DNA of 64,000 nucleotides, taken from NCBI GenBank assembly GCA_963776275.1, contig CAVZMI010000032.1:41704-105703 (forward strand). The letters are read 5' to 3'. Positions 46,144 to 56,642 of the stretch are shown here, piece after piece. The notes under the pieces are model-generated. The model ran no database searches and was not told the origin of the DNA. It worked only from the letters and a program-made list of their open reading frames with translations. The DNA comes from Ignavibacteriota bacterium. GTDB taxonomy: Bacteria > Bacteroidota > Ignavibacteria > UBA10030 > CAVZMI01. A program made the position numbers and the translations under genes. The stretch's first letter is position 1. Each line of letters begins with the position of its first letter.

Positions 46144-46225
46144 ATTCATTCGGCATTAATTTTTCTCCGACCGGATATGTTATTCAGAGGTCTCAGCATT
46201 TAAAAGCCATGGAGAGATTCAATCA

Positions 46226-46603
46226 TTGGCTAAGGCACTTACAATAAGGGAAGTACCTTGCAACGGCTGCACGCTCTGCTGCCAGGGTGATGCCATCAAG
46301 CTTGAAGAAGAAGACCGGGCGCTGGATTATAAGACGGAATCCCATCCGTACATCCCAGGAGCCCTCATGATTGCACATAAACCGAACGGTGAATGTTTCT
46401 ACTTAAATGAACAAGGCTGCAGCATCCACAGCTGGGCGCCTTCATTGTGCCGTAGCGCTGATTGCCGCAGTCTCGCCATTAAATTGAATTATGATGCAGT
46501 ACGTTCACTCCATATGATGGGCAGGCTGGATTTCCGGGTATGGCTGCAGGGACGCAGACTTATCGAGGCAATGACCGCTCATGGCGGAAAGGATAATCAG
46601 TAA
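46226..46603 (+). CDS. YkgJ-family (UPF0153) cysteine-cluster protein
   Basis: TTG start. Contains CNGCTLCCQG ... CSIHSWAPSLCRSADC. Confidence 0.65.
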   Translation: MAKALTIREVPCNGCTLCCQGDAIKLEEEDRALDYKTESHPYIPGALMIAHKPNGECFYLNEQGCSIHSWAPSLCRSADCRSLAIKLNYDAVRSLHMMGRLDFRVWLQGRRLIEAMTAHGGKDNQ

Positions 46604-46609
46604 AATAAA

Positions 46610-47326
46610 ATGCTTAAAATCAGCGATATTGCCAAGATGATCGACCATTCAATTCTTCATCCTACATTTACAGATGATGATTTAAAGAAGAACTGTGATA
46701 TAGCAAAAAAATATCATGTTGCCACAGTATGTGTCAAGCCCTATCATACTCGGATGGCGGCTGAATTACTTAAAGGCTCCGATGTGGGGGTATGTGCAGT
46801 AATCGGTTTCCCGCATGGAAACAGTTCGACTGATATTAAAAATGCAGAAACACTTCAGGTAATTAACGACGGCGCAACAGAAGTGGATATGGTGGTGAAT
46901 ATCGGAAAAGTAATGCAGGGTGACTGGTCATATATCGACAACGAACTTAAAACAATTAATGATACCTGCCGTAAAAACAGGGCACTGTTAAAAGTCATTT
47001 TTGAGACGGACTTCGTATCGCGCGACAAGGATAAAATAAGACTATGCGAACTTTGCAACAAACATGATATTGCTTTTGTGAAGACATCGACCGGTTACGG
47101 ATTTGTCAGGAATAACAATGGAAAATATTCGTATGCCGGAGCGACCGAACACGATGTAAAGCTTATGCGTAAACATTGCGCTCCCGGAGTAAAGATAAAA
47201 GCTGCCGGTGGTGTACGGACACTTGATCAATTATTGAAATATCGCGAGCTGGGTGTGACTCGAATAGGTGCCTCGGCAACGGAAGCTATTATGGAAGAAG
47301 CGAAAAAACGTTTCGAATCGAAATAG
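46610..47326 (+). CDS. deoC: Deoxyribose-phosphate aldolase
   Basis: Contains MIDHSILHP, VCVKP, VIGFPHG, EVDMVVNIG, FVKTSTGY and KAAGGVR. Confidence 0.9.
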   Translation: MLKISDIAKMIDHSILHPTFTDDDLKKNCDIAKKYHVATVCVKPYHTRMAAELLKGSDVGVCAVIGFPHGNSSTDIKNAETLQVINDGATEVDMVVNIGKVMQGDWSYIDNELKTINDTCRKNRALLKVIFETDFVSRDKDKIRLCELCNKHDIAFVKTSTGYGFVRNNNGKYSYAGATEHDVKLMRKHCAPGVKIKAAGGVRTLDQLLKYRELGVTRIGASATEAIMEEAKKRFESK

Positions 47327-47336
47327 AGGTTGTTCA

Positions 47337-47780
47337 GTGAATATCGAAATTATCGAAGCAAAAAAAGAAGATTTGCCCTCAATCTTAAAGCTCTATGCCG
47401 TTGAAGACATTGATAACGGCGATATCCTATCAATCGGAAAAGCAGAAGTAATATTTAATAGAATGCAATCGTATCCGAACTATAAAATCTATATTGCAAA
47501 ATATAATGGGAAAACGGTGGGCACATTTTCACTCTCGATAATGGATAACATAGCACATCTCGGTAAATCTTCCGGTCTGGTTGAAGATGTGGTGGTTGAT
47601 AAAACCATGAGATCAAAAGGAATTGGGAAGATAATGATGGAATATGCCATGAAAATATGTAAAGAAAGTAACTGCTATAAAATGAGTCTATCCAGTAATT
47701 TGAAAAGAGAAAGAGCACATAGTTTTTACGAGAAATTAGGATTTGAAAAACATGGGTTCAGTTTTTTAATTAAAATATGA
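47337..47780 (+). CDS. GNAT-family N-acetyltransferase
   Basis: The GTG start at 47337 is in frame with track ORF 47268..47780. Contains VEDVVVDKTMRSKGIGKIMMEYAM and FYEKLGFE. Confidence 0.85.
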   Translation: MNIEIIEAKKEDLPSILKLYAVEDIDNGDILSIGKAEVIFNRMQSYPNYKIYIAKYNGKTVGTFSLSIMDNIAHLGKSSGLVEDVVVDKTMRSKGIGKIMMEYAMKICKESNCYKMSLSSNLKRERAHSFYEKLGFEKHGFSFLIKI

Positions 47781-47886
47781 TTTCGCAGGGCGAGAAGAAC
47801 TTCCGAAAATAATCAGCTGTTCTCAAAGCCCGCATAACGGTTGCAGAATATTTTTGTATGATCATAAATGATATAATAGATTTTTA

Positions 47887-48693
47887 ATGAATACCGATTA
47901 TGTCCATGGATATACAGAGCGAGAGTCGATCAGATTGGAAGATCAAGCCAATTGCCTGAGCGAGCTTCTCCACCACGATTCTATTTTTCCTAAAGGCTCG
48001 ATAATACTCGAGGCCGGCTGCGGAACCGGAGCTCAGACAAAGATCATTGCCCCCAAAAATCCTGACTCAAAATTCATATCAATTGATATTTCCGAAGATT
48101 CATTGCGTAAAGCCGATTCTCTCATAAAATCACTTAATATCAATAATGTCGAGTTTCAAACCGGCAACATTTTTAATCTGAAATTTGAAGAAGAATCCTT
48201 TGACCATGTTTTCGTTTGTTTTGTACTTGAACATCTTCCCAATCCTGTCGGAGCGTTACGAGCATTAAAAAAAGTATTGAAAAAAGGGGGATCCATTACG
48301 GTCATTGAAGGAGATCACGGCTCTGCCTATTTTTATCCTTACAGCCGGTATGCGCAAGAAGCGATTGATGCACTGGTAAAATTGCAGTCGACAAACGGCG
48401 GAAACGCCTCAATAGGCAGAGAACTTTACCCGCTTTTAAGCATCTCGAATTTTAAAAACTGCAAGGTTTCTCCCAGAATGGTTTATGTCGATTCGAGTAG
48501 ACCTGAACTTGTTGAGGGCTTTACAAAAAATACTTTTACGGCTATGATTGAAGGAATAAGAAATAAAGCTGTCAATAGTTGTCTCATCGATAAAAGCTCC
48601 ATTGAAAAAGGTATTCAGGATTTGTATCGAACGACTCAGATTGACGGTGTTTTTTGTTACACATTTTTCAAGGGAATTGGGTATAATATTTAA
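47887..48693 (+). CDS. Class I SAM-dependent methyltransferase
   Basis: Contains ILEAGCGTGAQT and FDHVFVCFVLEHL. Confidence 0.85.
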   Translation: MNTDYVHGYTERESIRLEDQANCLSELLHHDSIFPKGSIILEAGCGTGAQTKIIAPKNPDSKFISIDISEDSLRKADSLIKSLNINNVEFQTGNIFNLKFEEESFDHVFVCFVLEHLPNPVGALRALKKVLKKGGSITVIEGDHGSAYFYPYSRYAQEAIDALVKLQSTNGGNASIGRELYPLLSISNFKNCKVSPRMVYVDSSRPELVEGFTKNTFTAMIEGIRNKAVNSCLIDKSSIEKGIQDLYRTTQIDGVFCYTFFKGIGYNI

Positions 48694-48744
48694 AAAAGCA
48701 GTCGATGCAAGGAACAAATCCCTCGGGAGAATAATAAAAGAAAA

Positions 48745-50508
48745 ATGAAATCATCGTTGGCATTATTGAGTTTGCTTTCACTGCTTGCCTGTTCGATTAA
48801 TCCGCATGTCTGTGCACAGAACGATATACAAAAGACTTACTGTGATAAAGCGTATAAAGAATATCATTATGGTGTACCGTTTTTGCATCTGGAAGGGACC
48901 GATTATGAAGTAGGTTACCAGTACGGTTATCTCCTTAAAGATGAGTTACATGCCGTGTACGAGGGATTCAACGATTTCAAAGAAAACATGATGGAAAGGG
49001 AAATAAAATACCTGCCCTGGTATCAAAGATTTTTCGCTAATCTGTTTGGCTCGTTAATTTTAAAACACAAAATAAACAAATATGTCGATCAACTTCCGGA
49101 TGATATCCATAATCAATTGAAAGGCATGGCTGACGGTGCTGATATGCCGGTCAGATTTTTTTATGAAGTCAATCTCTTCGGCGATTATTTATCTCACGGA
49201 TGTTCTTCATTCGTCATAAAGAAAGGAAGCATAATCTATCACGCCCGCAACCTCGATACGCCGCTCAATCTGATCGCCAGATATCCTGTCATTGTGTGTT
49301 ACAGCATTAACGGACGACAAAAATATACAGATATAGGATTTATTTCCGGATTGATGATTTCCACCGGCTTCAACGAATCAGGAATTTCTTTTTCAGAAGA
49401 TTCAAATAATAATCCGATGGCTTTCGATAAGAATAATTCGAACCTGCTGGTTGAACGAAACAGAATTATAACCCGGGCTCACAATCTAAAAGAGGCCGAT
49501 TCATTAGTCAATGCGTTACTTATTCCCGAGGGATATATTTTTACACTCTCGGACAGTGAAGAAAAACAGGCAAATGTCTACGATGTAATCGGAAAAATAA
49601 AAGCTGCCACTCCGGTAGACGGTTATCAATATGTGGCAAACAGAACAATATCGCACGTCCTGGGTAAAAAAAGCGAATCGATTTATGCTGGTAATTTCCA
49701 TGATATCTCAAGGGAAATAAAATTTTCAGAATTAATCGATACAACTAAGACAAATATCGTCGACGAGGCAATAGATATCTTAAGTAACATCCATTTCTAT
49801 CATTACACCGACTCGATAGAAGTGTGGATCGATGCAATCAATAATTATCAAACGATTCAATCGGCAATTTTTGATCTGGCCGATTCGGCCGTGTATTTCG
49901 CATACAATACACACTATGCTGCATGGAGCAGATGGTTGAAGTATAACTATATTACAGGTGAGGTTGGTGTCTATAGAGAAGCCGATGACAAATTGAACCG
50001 AGCGGATATCTTGAAATTTGTCGATATCTGTAAAGAGTACCAGGCAGCAGACTGGCGCGACAGCACGATGGTCGATTCACTGGTTCGCCACATCATCGAT
50101 TCACAAATTGAAAATTACTTTTGCCTTGATGTATTATGTCAGCAATATCTATATCGTTTTAAAGCACCGGATATAACAATCGCTCATGCCGACAAAATGA
50201 TCAAGAAATATCCAGATGTAGTCACGGGTTATTATTACAAAGGTCTCGCTCTCGAAGAACAGAAACAATACGGCAATGCAATCACTCAATATATGAAAGC
50301 ATTCAATTGTACTATATGCTGTGAATATTACCTTGCCGGTGTCTGCGAACATCTCGCTTATTCGAATAATTTTCTGGGAAACAAAGAAATTGCCAAAGAA
50401 TATGCAGTAAAAGCATTGGCAATCCATAATCAGTATTGGATTCCGGATCATTTGAAAGAAAAGATTGAGAAGCTTGAAAAGATTGCGGCTATAGATTCAA
50501 AACGCTAA
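48745..50508 (+). CDS. C45-family (acyl-CoA:6-APA acyltransferase-like Ntn hydrolase) domain fused to C-terminal TPR-like region, secreted
   Basis: Signal peptide. Contains GTDYEVGYQYGYLLKDEL, a HGCSSFVIKKGSIIYHARNLD nucleophile-Cys context, and C-terminal TPR-like helices (YYYKGLALEEQKQYGNAI). Confidence 0.55.
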   Translation: MKSSLALLSLLSLLACSINPHVCAQNDIQKTYCDKAYKEYHYGVPFLHLEGTDYEVGYQYGYLLKDELHAVYEGFNDFKENMMEREIKYLPWYQRFFANLFGSLILKHKINKYVDQLPDDIHNQLKGMADGADMPVRFFYEVNLFGDYLSHGCSSFVIKKGSIIYHARNLDTPLNLIARYPVIVCYSINGRQKYTDIGFISGLMISTGFNESGISFSEDSNNNPMAFDKNNSNLLVERNRIITRAHNLKEADSLVNALLIPEGYIFTLSDSEEKQANVYDVIGKIKAATPVDGYQYVANRTISHVLGKKSESIYAGNFHDISREIKFSELIDTTKTNIVDEAIDILSNIHFYHYTDSIEVWIDAINNYQTIQSAIFDLADSAVYFAYNTHYAAWSRWLKYNYITGEVGVYREADDKLNRADILKFVDICKEYQAADWRDSTMVDSLVRHIIDSQIENYFCLDVLCQQYLYRFKAPDITIAHADKMIKKYPDVVTGYYYKGLALEEQKQYGNAITQYMKAFNCTICCEYYLAGVCEHLAYSNNFLGNKEIAKEYAVKALAIHNQYWIPDHLKEKIEKLEKIAAIDSKR

Positions 50509-50686
50509 GCTCCTTCGATGAATTTTCCGCAAATTATACATCTCACAGTTACAAATGCACGTGGAGTAAGCTGTCGGATGTACGGGTAGTTTTAGCACTG
50601 CAGAGCGAAGTTATATCCAAACATTCTGTCGGTCTCAGTATCGGCATCGACGATTTTCACACAAAGTGGAAATCACATTGTATTTT

Positions 50687-51175
50687 TTAGCGGCCTATTT
50701 CGATTATTTCATATTCGAGCATGCCGGCAGGAACCTGGATTTTAATAATCTCTCCCTTTGATTTTCCCATAAGGGCCTTTCCTATCGGCGAAGTAATTGA
50801 GAGCTTATTCTGCTCAAAATCCGCCTCTTCGGGGGAAACCATCCGGTATTCAAATTCCTTTTTCGAGTTCTTGTCTTTCACTTTGACAACTGAGAGGATA
50901 TATACTTTATCGGTTTGGAGGTCTTTACTATCGATGATCCGTGCACGGGAAAGTGTTTGTTCGAGTTTTGAGATACGCAATTCGAGATGCTGCTGTGCTT
51001 CTTTGGCTGCTTCATATTCGGCATTCTCGCTTAAATCGCCGTATCCGCGCGCGTCGGCAATCTTCTGCGCCATTTCAGCGCGTCCCTTAATTTTCAGCTC
51101 ACGCAGCTGATTTTCGAGCTCCACCAGACGCTCCCGCGTCAGATAGACAATACCATTGTTGGTATTGTCGGACAT
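50687..51175 (-). CDS. greA: Transcription elongation factor GreA
   Basis: Contains YLTRERLVELENQLRELK, ARGYGDLSENAEYEAAKEAQ and PIGKALMGKSKGE. Confidence 0.92.
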   Translation of the reverse strand: MSDNTNNGIVYLTRERLVELENQLRELKIKGRAEMAQKIADARGYGDLSENAEYEAAKEAQQHLELRISKLEQTLSRARIIDSKDLQTDKVYILSVVKVKDKNSKKEFEYRMVSPEEADFEQNKLSITSPIGKALMGKSKGEIIKIQVPAGMLEYEIIEIGR

Positions 51176-51220
51176 GTCGCATCCTCCCGAATAATAGATT
51201 ATAATTTCGAATGGAATGGA

Positions 51221-51259
51221 GAAAAATAAAAGCCATCACCGCATCCGCGGATGGTGGCT
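51221..51259 (-). terminator. Probable intrinsic terminator after ribBA
   Basis: Imperfect GC-rich hairpin agccatcaccgc-atcc-gcggatggtggct. On the minus strand it is followed by UUUAUUUUU. Confidence 0.55.
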
Positions 51260-51323
51260 ATAATTTAATGTACGACAAAACAAAATTAAATGCAAGAATA
51301 ATTTTTTACTATGAGAAAATTTA

Positions 51324-52559
51324 CTACTTGCGGTAATTCGTATCAACCAGTATCAAATGGCCTAATTTATCGCGTTTCGTTTTGAGATACCGCTCATTAG
51401 TTGCATTCGGTTCGATCTCGAGAGGAACACGCTCCACAATCTCCAGACCGTAGCCGGTAAGTCCCACAATCTTTTTCGGGTTGTTTGTCAACAGCTTCAT
51501 CTTCCCCACACCAAGATCATGAAGGATCTGTGCCCCGATGCCGTAATCACGCAAGTCCGGCCGGAAACCGAGTGCTTCGTTGGCCTCGACGGTATCGAGA
51601 CCTTCATCCTGTAATTTATATGCCTGCAGTTTGTTCGACAGACCTATCCCTCTCCCCTCCTGACGCATATACACGATCACGCCCGCACCTGTTTTCTCGA
51701 TCATTTTCATTGCAGCGACCAATTGATCACTGCAGTCGCATCGTAATGAACCGAAGACGTTGCCGGTCAGACATTCGGAATGAACACGCACCATGACGGG
51801 AACATCGGGCGATAATTCCCCTTTCGTGAGCGCGATGTGTTCATTTGCATCGGTCTGACTTTTATATAAATGAATATCAAAATTTCCGTACCGTGTTGGA
51901 AGCTTCGCCGAAGCGACACGCGTCACAAGTTTTTCGCGCATCATGCGATATTCGATCAGATCACGGACGGTGATCATTTTCAAATTGAATTTCTTAGTCA
52001 GTTTATGAAGATCGGGAACTCGTGCCATAGCCCCATCGTCGGTGAGGATTTCACAAAGCATTCCTGCGGGATAGAGTCCCGCAAGGCGGCAGAGGTCAAC
52101 GACAGCTTCGGTATGTCCTGCGCGGCGAAGGACTCCTCCTTCAGACGCGCGCAGCGGAAAGATATGCCCGGGTCTGGCAAAATCGCTTGGCTTCGATTTC
52201 GGGTCGATTACTGCACGAACAGTTGCCGAACGATCGTATGCCGATACACCGGTGGTAGTTCCATGAATGAAATCGATTGAAACGGTGAATGAGGTCTCGT
52301 GTAGCGAAGTATTGCTGTCAACCATGTTTCCGAGTCCGAGTTCTTCGCTCCGCTGTTTTGTTAACGGCGTGCAGACGACGCCGCGGCCGTACTTAGTAAA
52401 AAAGTTGATAGTTTCAGGAGTAACAAACTCAGCCGCGATAACAAAATCGCCTTCATTCTCACGATCTTCATCATCGACAACGATAAGGATTTTTCCCGCT
52501 TTCAGATCTTCGATCGCTTCGTGAATCGTATTGAATTCCGATATGTGTTTTTCTTTCAT
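51324..52559 (-). CDS. ribBA: Bifunctional 3,4-dihydroxy-2-butanone-4-phosphate synthase / GTP cyclohydrolase II
   Basis: Contains [41 protein letters not shown] and [11 protein letters not shown]. Confidence 0.95.
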   Translation of the reverse strand: MKEKHISEFNTIHEAIEDLKAGKILIVVDDEDRENEGDFVIAAEFVTPETINFFTKYGRGVVCTPLTKQRSEELGLGNMVDSNTSLHETSFTVSIDFIHGTTTGVSAYDRSATVRAVIDPKSKPSDFARPGHIFPLRASEGGVLRRAGHTEAVVDLCRLAGLYPAGMLCEILTDDGAMARVPDLHKLTKKFNLKMITVRDLIEYRMMREKLVTRVASAKLPTRYGNFDIHLYKSQTDANEHIALTKGELSPDVPVMVRVHSECLTGNVFGSLRCDCSDQLVAAMKMIEKTGAGVIVYMRQEGRGIGLSNKLQAYKLQDEGLDTVEANEALGFRPDLRDYGIGAQILHDLGVGKMKLLTNNPKKIVGLTGYGLEIVERVPLEIEPNATNERYLKTKRDKLGHLILVDTNYRK

Positions 52560-52622
52560 CCCGAGATCTTCCTCTCCCCTCGATATTCGGTGAACACCCA
52601 GAGAGAAAATCCCCTCTCCATG

Positions 52623-52967
52623 TTAGTTTATCGGTTTATTATCTTCGCCTTCTCGGAGAATCGTCGAAACCGCACTTCTATCATATTTCACTTTCACGTT
52701 GTCGGCGATTTGTATGAGCAGAGTTTTTTCCTCAACACCGATCACCGTTCCATATTCTCCGCCGATCGTGACAACTTTATCTCCCTTTTTTACCGAATCG
52801 AGAAGTCTCTGACGTTCTTTTTGTTTCTTCTGCTGGGGACGTAGAATGAAAAGCCAAAAAATCAGAACCATCGCCCCGAGCATAACGAAGGTCATCATGG
52901 GGCTGCCGCTACCGCCGCCATTGGGTTGCTGTCCCATGAAGGCCAACAGGTTTACAATTGATATCAA
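52623..52967 (-). CDS. yajC: Preprotein translocase subunit YajC
   Basis: One TM segment, then RPQQKKQKERQRLLDSVKKGDKVVTIGGEYGTVIGV. Confidence 0.85.
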   Translation of the reverse strand: MISIVNLLAFMGQQPNGGGSGSPMMTFVMLGAMVLIFWLFILRPQQKKQKERQRLLDSVKKGDKVVTIGGEYGTVIGVEEKTLLIQIADNVKVKYDRSAVSTILREGEDNKPIN

Positions 52968-53016
52968 AGGATCCTCCTATATTATGTTATTGAGTAATAT
53001 AATGAATTTTTTAAAT

Positions 53017-54159
<1,143 letters not shown>

Positions 54160-54187
54160 CTAATTAATAAGAAAATTATTCATTCGT

Positions 54188-54392
54188 GGTTCGACTCGTC
54201 CCAACATACAACGTTGGGACTCGCTCAGCGAAGCCGTACTTTAGTGCACCACAAGGTCTCGACTTACTCGACCCAAGGCTCTGCAACCTGGCTATTTATA
54301 CAGCCTCCGATCAATCACAATTCCGCCTTCACTTCGTTTCGGCGGACAGGTCGTAACTCAAAATTCACAATTTATTCGTTGCCTCGACTCGC
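54188..54392. repeat. Full copy of the ~200-bp structured intergenic repeat family
   Basis: ggttcgactcGTCCCAACatacaacGTTGGGACtcgctcag ... ctgcaacctggctatttatacagcctccgatcaatcacaattccgccttcacttcgtttcggcggacaggtcg ... attcacaatttattcgttgcctcgactcg. Matches 35175-35385. Confidence 0.7.
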
Positions 54393-54435
54393 TTTTAAGA
54401 TTGTAATTGCGGTTCGATCCCAAAGAAGACGGGAC

Positions 54436-56097
54436 TTACCACAGCAGCAGCATCGATACGATGATTTGTGCCATAATGATTTTTGCAACCATTGATGCAG
54501 GATATACCGTCGCATACCAGACGTTCGGAAATTCATTTTGCGTCACCTGATTTGCATACGCCAGACATGCCGGCTGCGTCTGCATTCCCGAGAGCATCCC
54601 CATGATTGCCGACATCGGAAGTCTGAGATATTTATATCCAAGGAGTATTGCTGAGACGGCAACGAACGAAGTAATACAGGCTCCAGCCGCTATCAAACCC
54701 AGTCCTCCATTCTGGAATGTCGCACCGAATCCCGTCCCGGCCTTCGTACCAATTGCAGCAAGAAAGAAAACCAGACCGATTTGACGCACTACGAGATTTG
54801 CATTGAAGGGCATTCCCCAAGTGATTGGACCTGTTCGTCCAAGCCTTCCAAGGATGAGAGCAACTAGAAGCGGGCCACCTGCAAACCCCAGCTTGAATAC
54901 CATGCCGTTGGGAAGCGGAATCGGGAACATTCCCACAAAAACCCCAATAACAATGCCGAGTGAGACGGAAAGGAAATCGGTTTCAGCTATCGACTTAATG
55001 GAATCACCGAAAAAGTCTTTCATATGTTCAAAATTCTCACGGTTTGAAACGACCCGAATTCTATCACCCATTTCAAGTATGGTGTCCGGTGTAGGTATAA
55101 ACTCGATATCACCCCGTCCAAGGCGTGTCACGGTTGCACCGAATTGCTTCTGAATATTCAGTTCTGCGATTGTTTTTCCGACAAGTTCTTTTCGCGATAC
55201 AAAAATCCTTCGATAAAGAAAATTTCCTTGAGTTTCCTCGAGATGTTCCTGACATTGCTCCCCAAAAAGAAAACGCGCCCTTTCAAGTGCCTCGGAATTC
55301 CCCACAGCCACCACCTTATCCCCCTTATGAAGGATCGTCTCAGGTTCGACGATTCTTGTTCTTCCTCTATGCTGAATCCGGCTCAGGACAAATCCGGCAT
55401 TTTTCATCGGCCGCATTGCATCACGAACGAATTTTTCATCGACAGCAGGATTTGTGATAAGGTATGTCCGGCTCAGGATTGCATCACCCATTGCTTCCCG
55501 CATTCGCTTCTCTTCTTCCTTCACAAAATCAATTTTGTACAGCCGCATAAAAACATTAAACCAAAAAATAATTCCGAAAACACCGAAGGGGTACGCCAGA
55601 CCGTATGTGACGACAGGACTATTCAAGTACAAATTTGCCACGTCGGGTGGAAGATGCGTTGACATACCCTTGATTGTCTCGACGGTAGCAGCAAGAGCAG
55701 GCGTATTCGTAAGTGCCCCGCAAAAAAGTCCGGCAATACTCTGGCCCGTAAGACCCAATAATTTTGCCAGAACAATCGCCAGTACAGCTCCTCCTACAAT
55801 GACCAGAGATGCTACCGCATTTATTTTCATTCCTCTTTTCTTAAAAGAGGCAAAAAAGGCAGGTCCGGATTGGAGTCCGATTGCATAGACAAACAGAACA
55901 AGGCCGATGATATAAATTTCTTCAGGAAGGCTTAACCGCGGATCAACAGCACCGAATGTAATTCCAACGAAAAGTACTGCAGCGACTCCAAAATTAAATC
56001 CAAAAATCCTTATGTTCCCGACTAAAAAACCTAATCCAATAACGGAAAATAACAGAAGAAGTTGATTGTTTGCCAGAAGATCGATGATCGCTTGCAT
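54436..56097 (-). CDS. YidE/YbjL-type (AAE family) transporter with two TrkA-C (RCK-C) domains
   Basis: 553 aa with duplicated 5-TM halves flanking a soluble insert. The N-terminus LLLLFSVIGLGFLVGNIRIFGFNFGVAAVLFVG is typical. Confidence 0.8.
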   Translation of the reverse strand: MQAIIDLLANNQLLLLFSVIGLGFLVGNIRIFGFNFGVAAVLFVGITFGAVDPRLSLPEEIYIIGLVLFVYAIGLQSGPAFFASFKKRGMKINAVASLVIVGGAVLAIVLAKLLGLTGQSIAGLFCGALTNTPALAATVETIKGMSTHLPPDVANLYLNSPVVTYGLAYPFGVFGIIFWFNVFMRLYKIDFVKEEEKRMREAMGDAILSRTYLITNPAVDEKFVRDAMRPMKNAGFVLSRIQHRGRTRIVEPETILHKGDKVVAVGNSEALERARFLFGEQCQEHLEETQGNFLYRRIFVSRKELVGKTIAELNIQKQFGATVTRLGRGDIEFIPTPDTILEMGDRIRVVSNRENFEHMKDFFGDSIKSIAETDFLSVSLGIVIGVFVGMFPIPLPNGMVFKLGFAGGPLLVALILGRLGRTGPITWGMPFNANLVVRQIGLVFFLAAIGTKAGTGFGATFQNGGLGLIAAGACITSFVAVSAILLGYKYLRLPMSAIMGMLSGMQTQPACLAYANQVTQNEFPNVWYATVYPASMVAKIIMAQIIVSMLLLW

Positions 56098-56266
56098 GAA
56101 TAGGTATCGAAGTGTTGAAGCAAGTTATATGTTTTCTCAATTTACGGCTATTTTTGCTGAGATTCAATTGTAAAAAGTAAACCTTTGTAGATCTGCCACT
56201 CTTCATTAGAATTGTGAAAGGTTTCCGTCCTTCACACCGGCATTGGTTGACGGAAACCTTTTGCTG

Positions 56267-56641
56267 TCACTGCTGCATGCGGATTTTTCGAATGGAATAC
56301 AACAAAATATAAAGGCATCCTCCGATTGCATCAGCCGTAGCGTCGAAAAGATCGCTAGTACGCCCAGGAATGAACGACTGATGGAACTCATCGGATAATC
56401 CGTAGAGGATAACAATAGCGAGAGCAACAAACAGATGAAGACTCGCCAGACGTGAAAATTTTCGTTGATGAAGGAGCGCCCTATCGACAAGAGCGCAGAG
56501 GATAAAAAAGATGCCTATATGAACAAGTTTATCGGCATACGGAATCGAAATAACAGGAAATACTGAACTGGGAAGAGATGATAAAAAATAGATCACAACA
56601 AACCAGAGAAGAGCCGGCAATTGATAACGAATAAAATGCAT
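56267..56641 (-). CDS. VanZ-family membrane protein
   Basis: 124 aa, 4 TM. Contains DKLVH and SDEFHQSFIPGRTSDLFDATADAIGG. Confidence 0.75.
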   Translation of the reverse strand: MHFIRYQLPALLWFVVIYFLSSLPSSVFPVISIPYADKLVHIGIFFILCALVDRALLHQRKFSRLASLHLFVALAIVILYGLSDEFHQSFIPGRTSDLFDATADAIGGCLYILLYSIRKIRMQQ

Positions 56642-56642
56642 C

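Noticed and set aside
52560-52622. Expected FMN riboswitch upstream of ribBA
   Set aside because: Only 63 nt separate ribBA from yajC. They contain none of the conserved FMN-element segments, so ribBA appears co-transcribed with tgt-yajC.
54186-54230. tRNA-like T-arm (GGTTCGACTCG) at the start of the 54188 repeat, with similar GGTTCGACCC at about 39168
   Set aside because: Only the T-loop-like word is present. No acceptor, D or anticodon stems can be drawn. It is treated as part of the repeat family, possibly tRNA-derived, but that is unproven.
56206-56490. 94-aa ORF overlapping the VanZ gene in another frame
   Set aside because: The VanZ frame (56267..56641) has the family motif SDEFHQSFIPGR. 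The alternative frame has no support.
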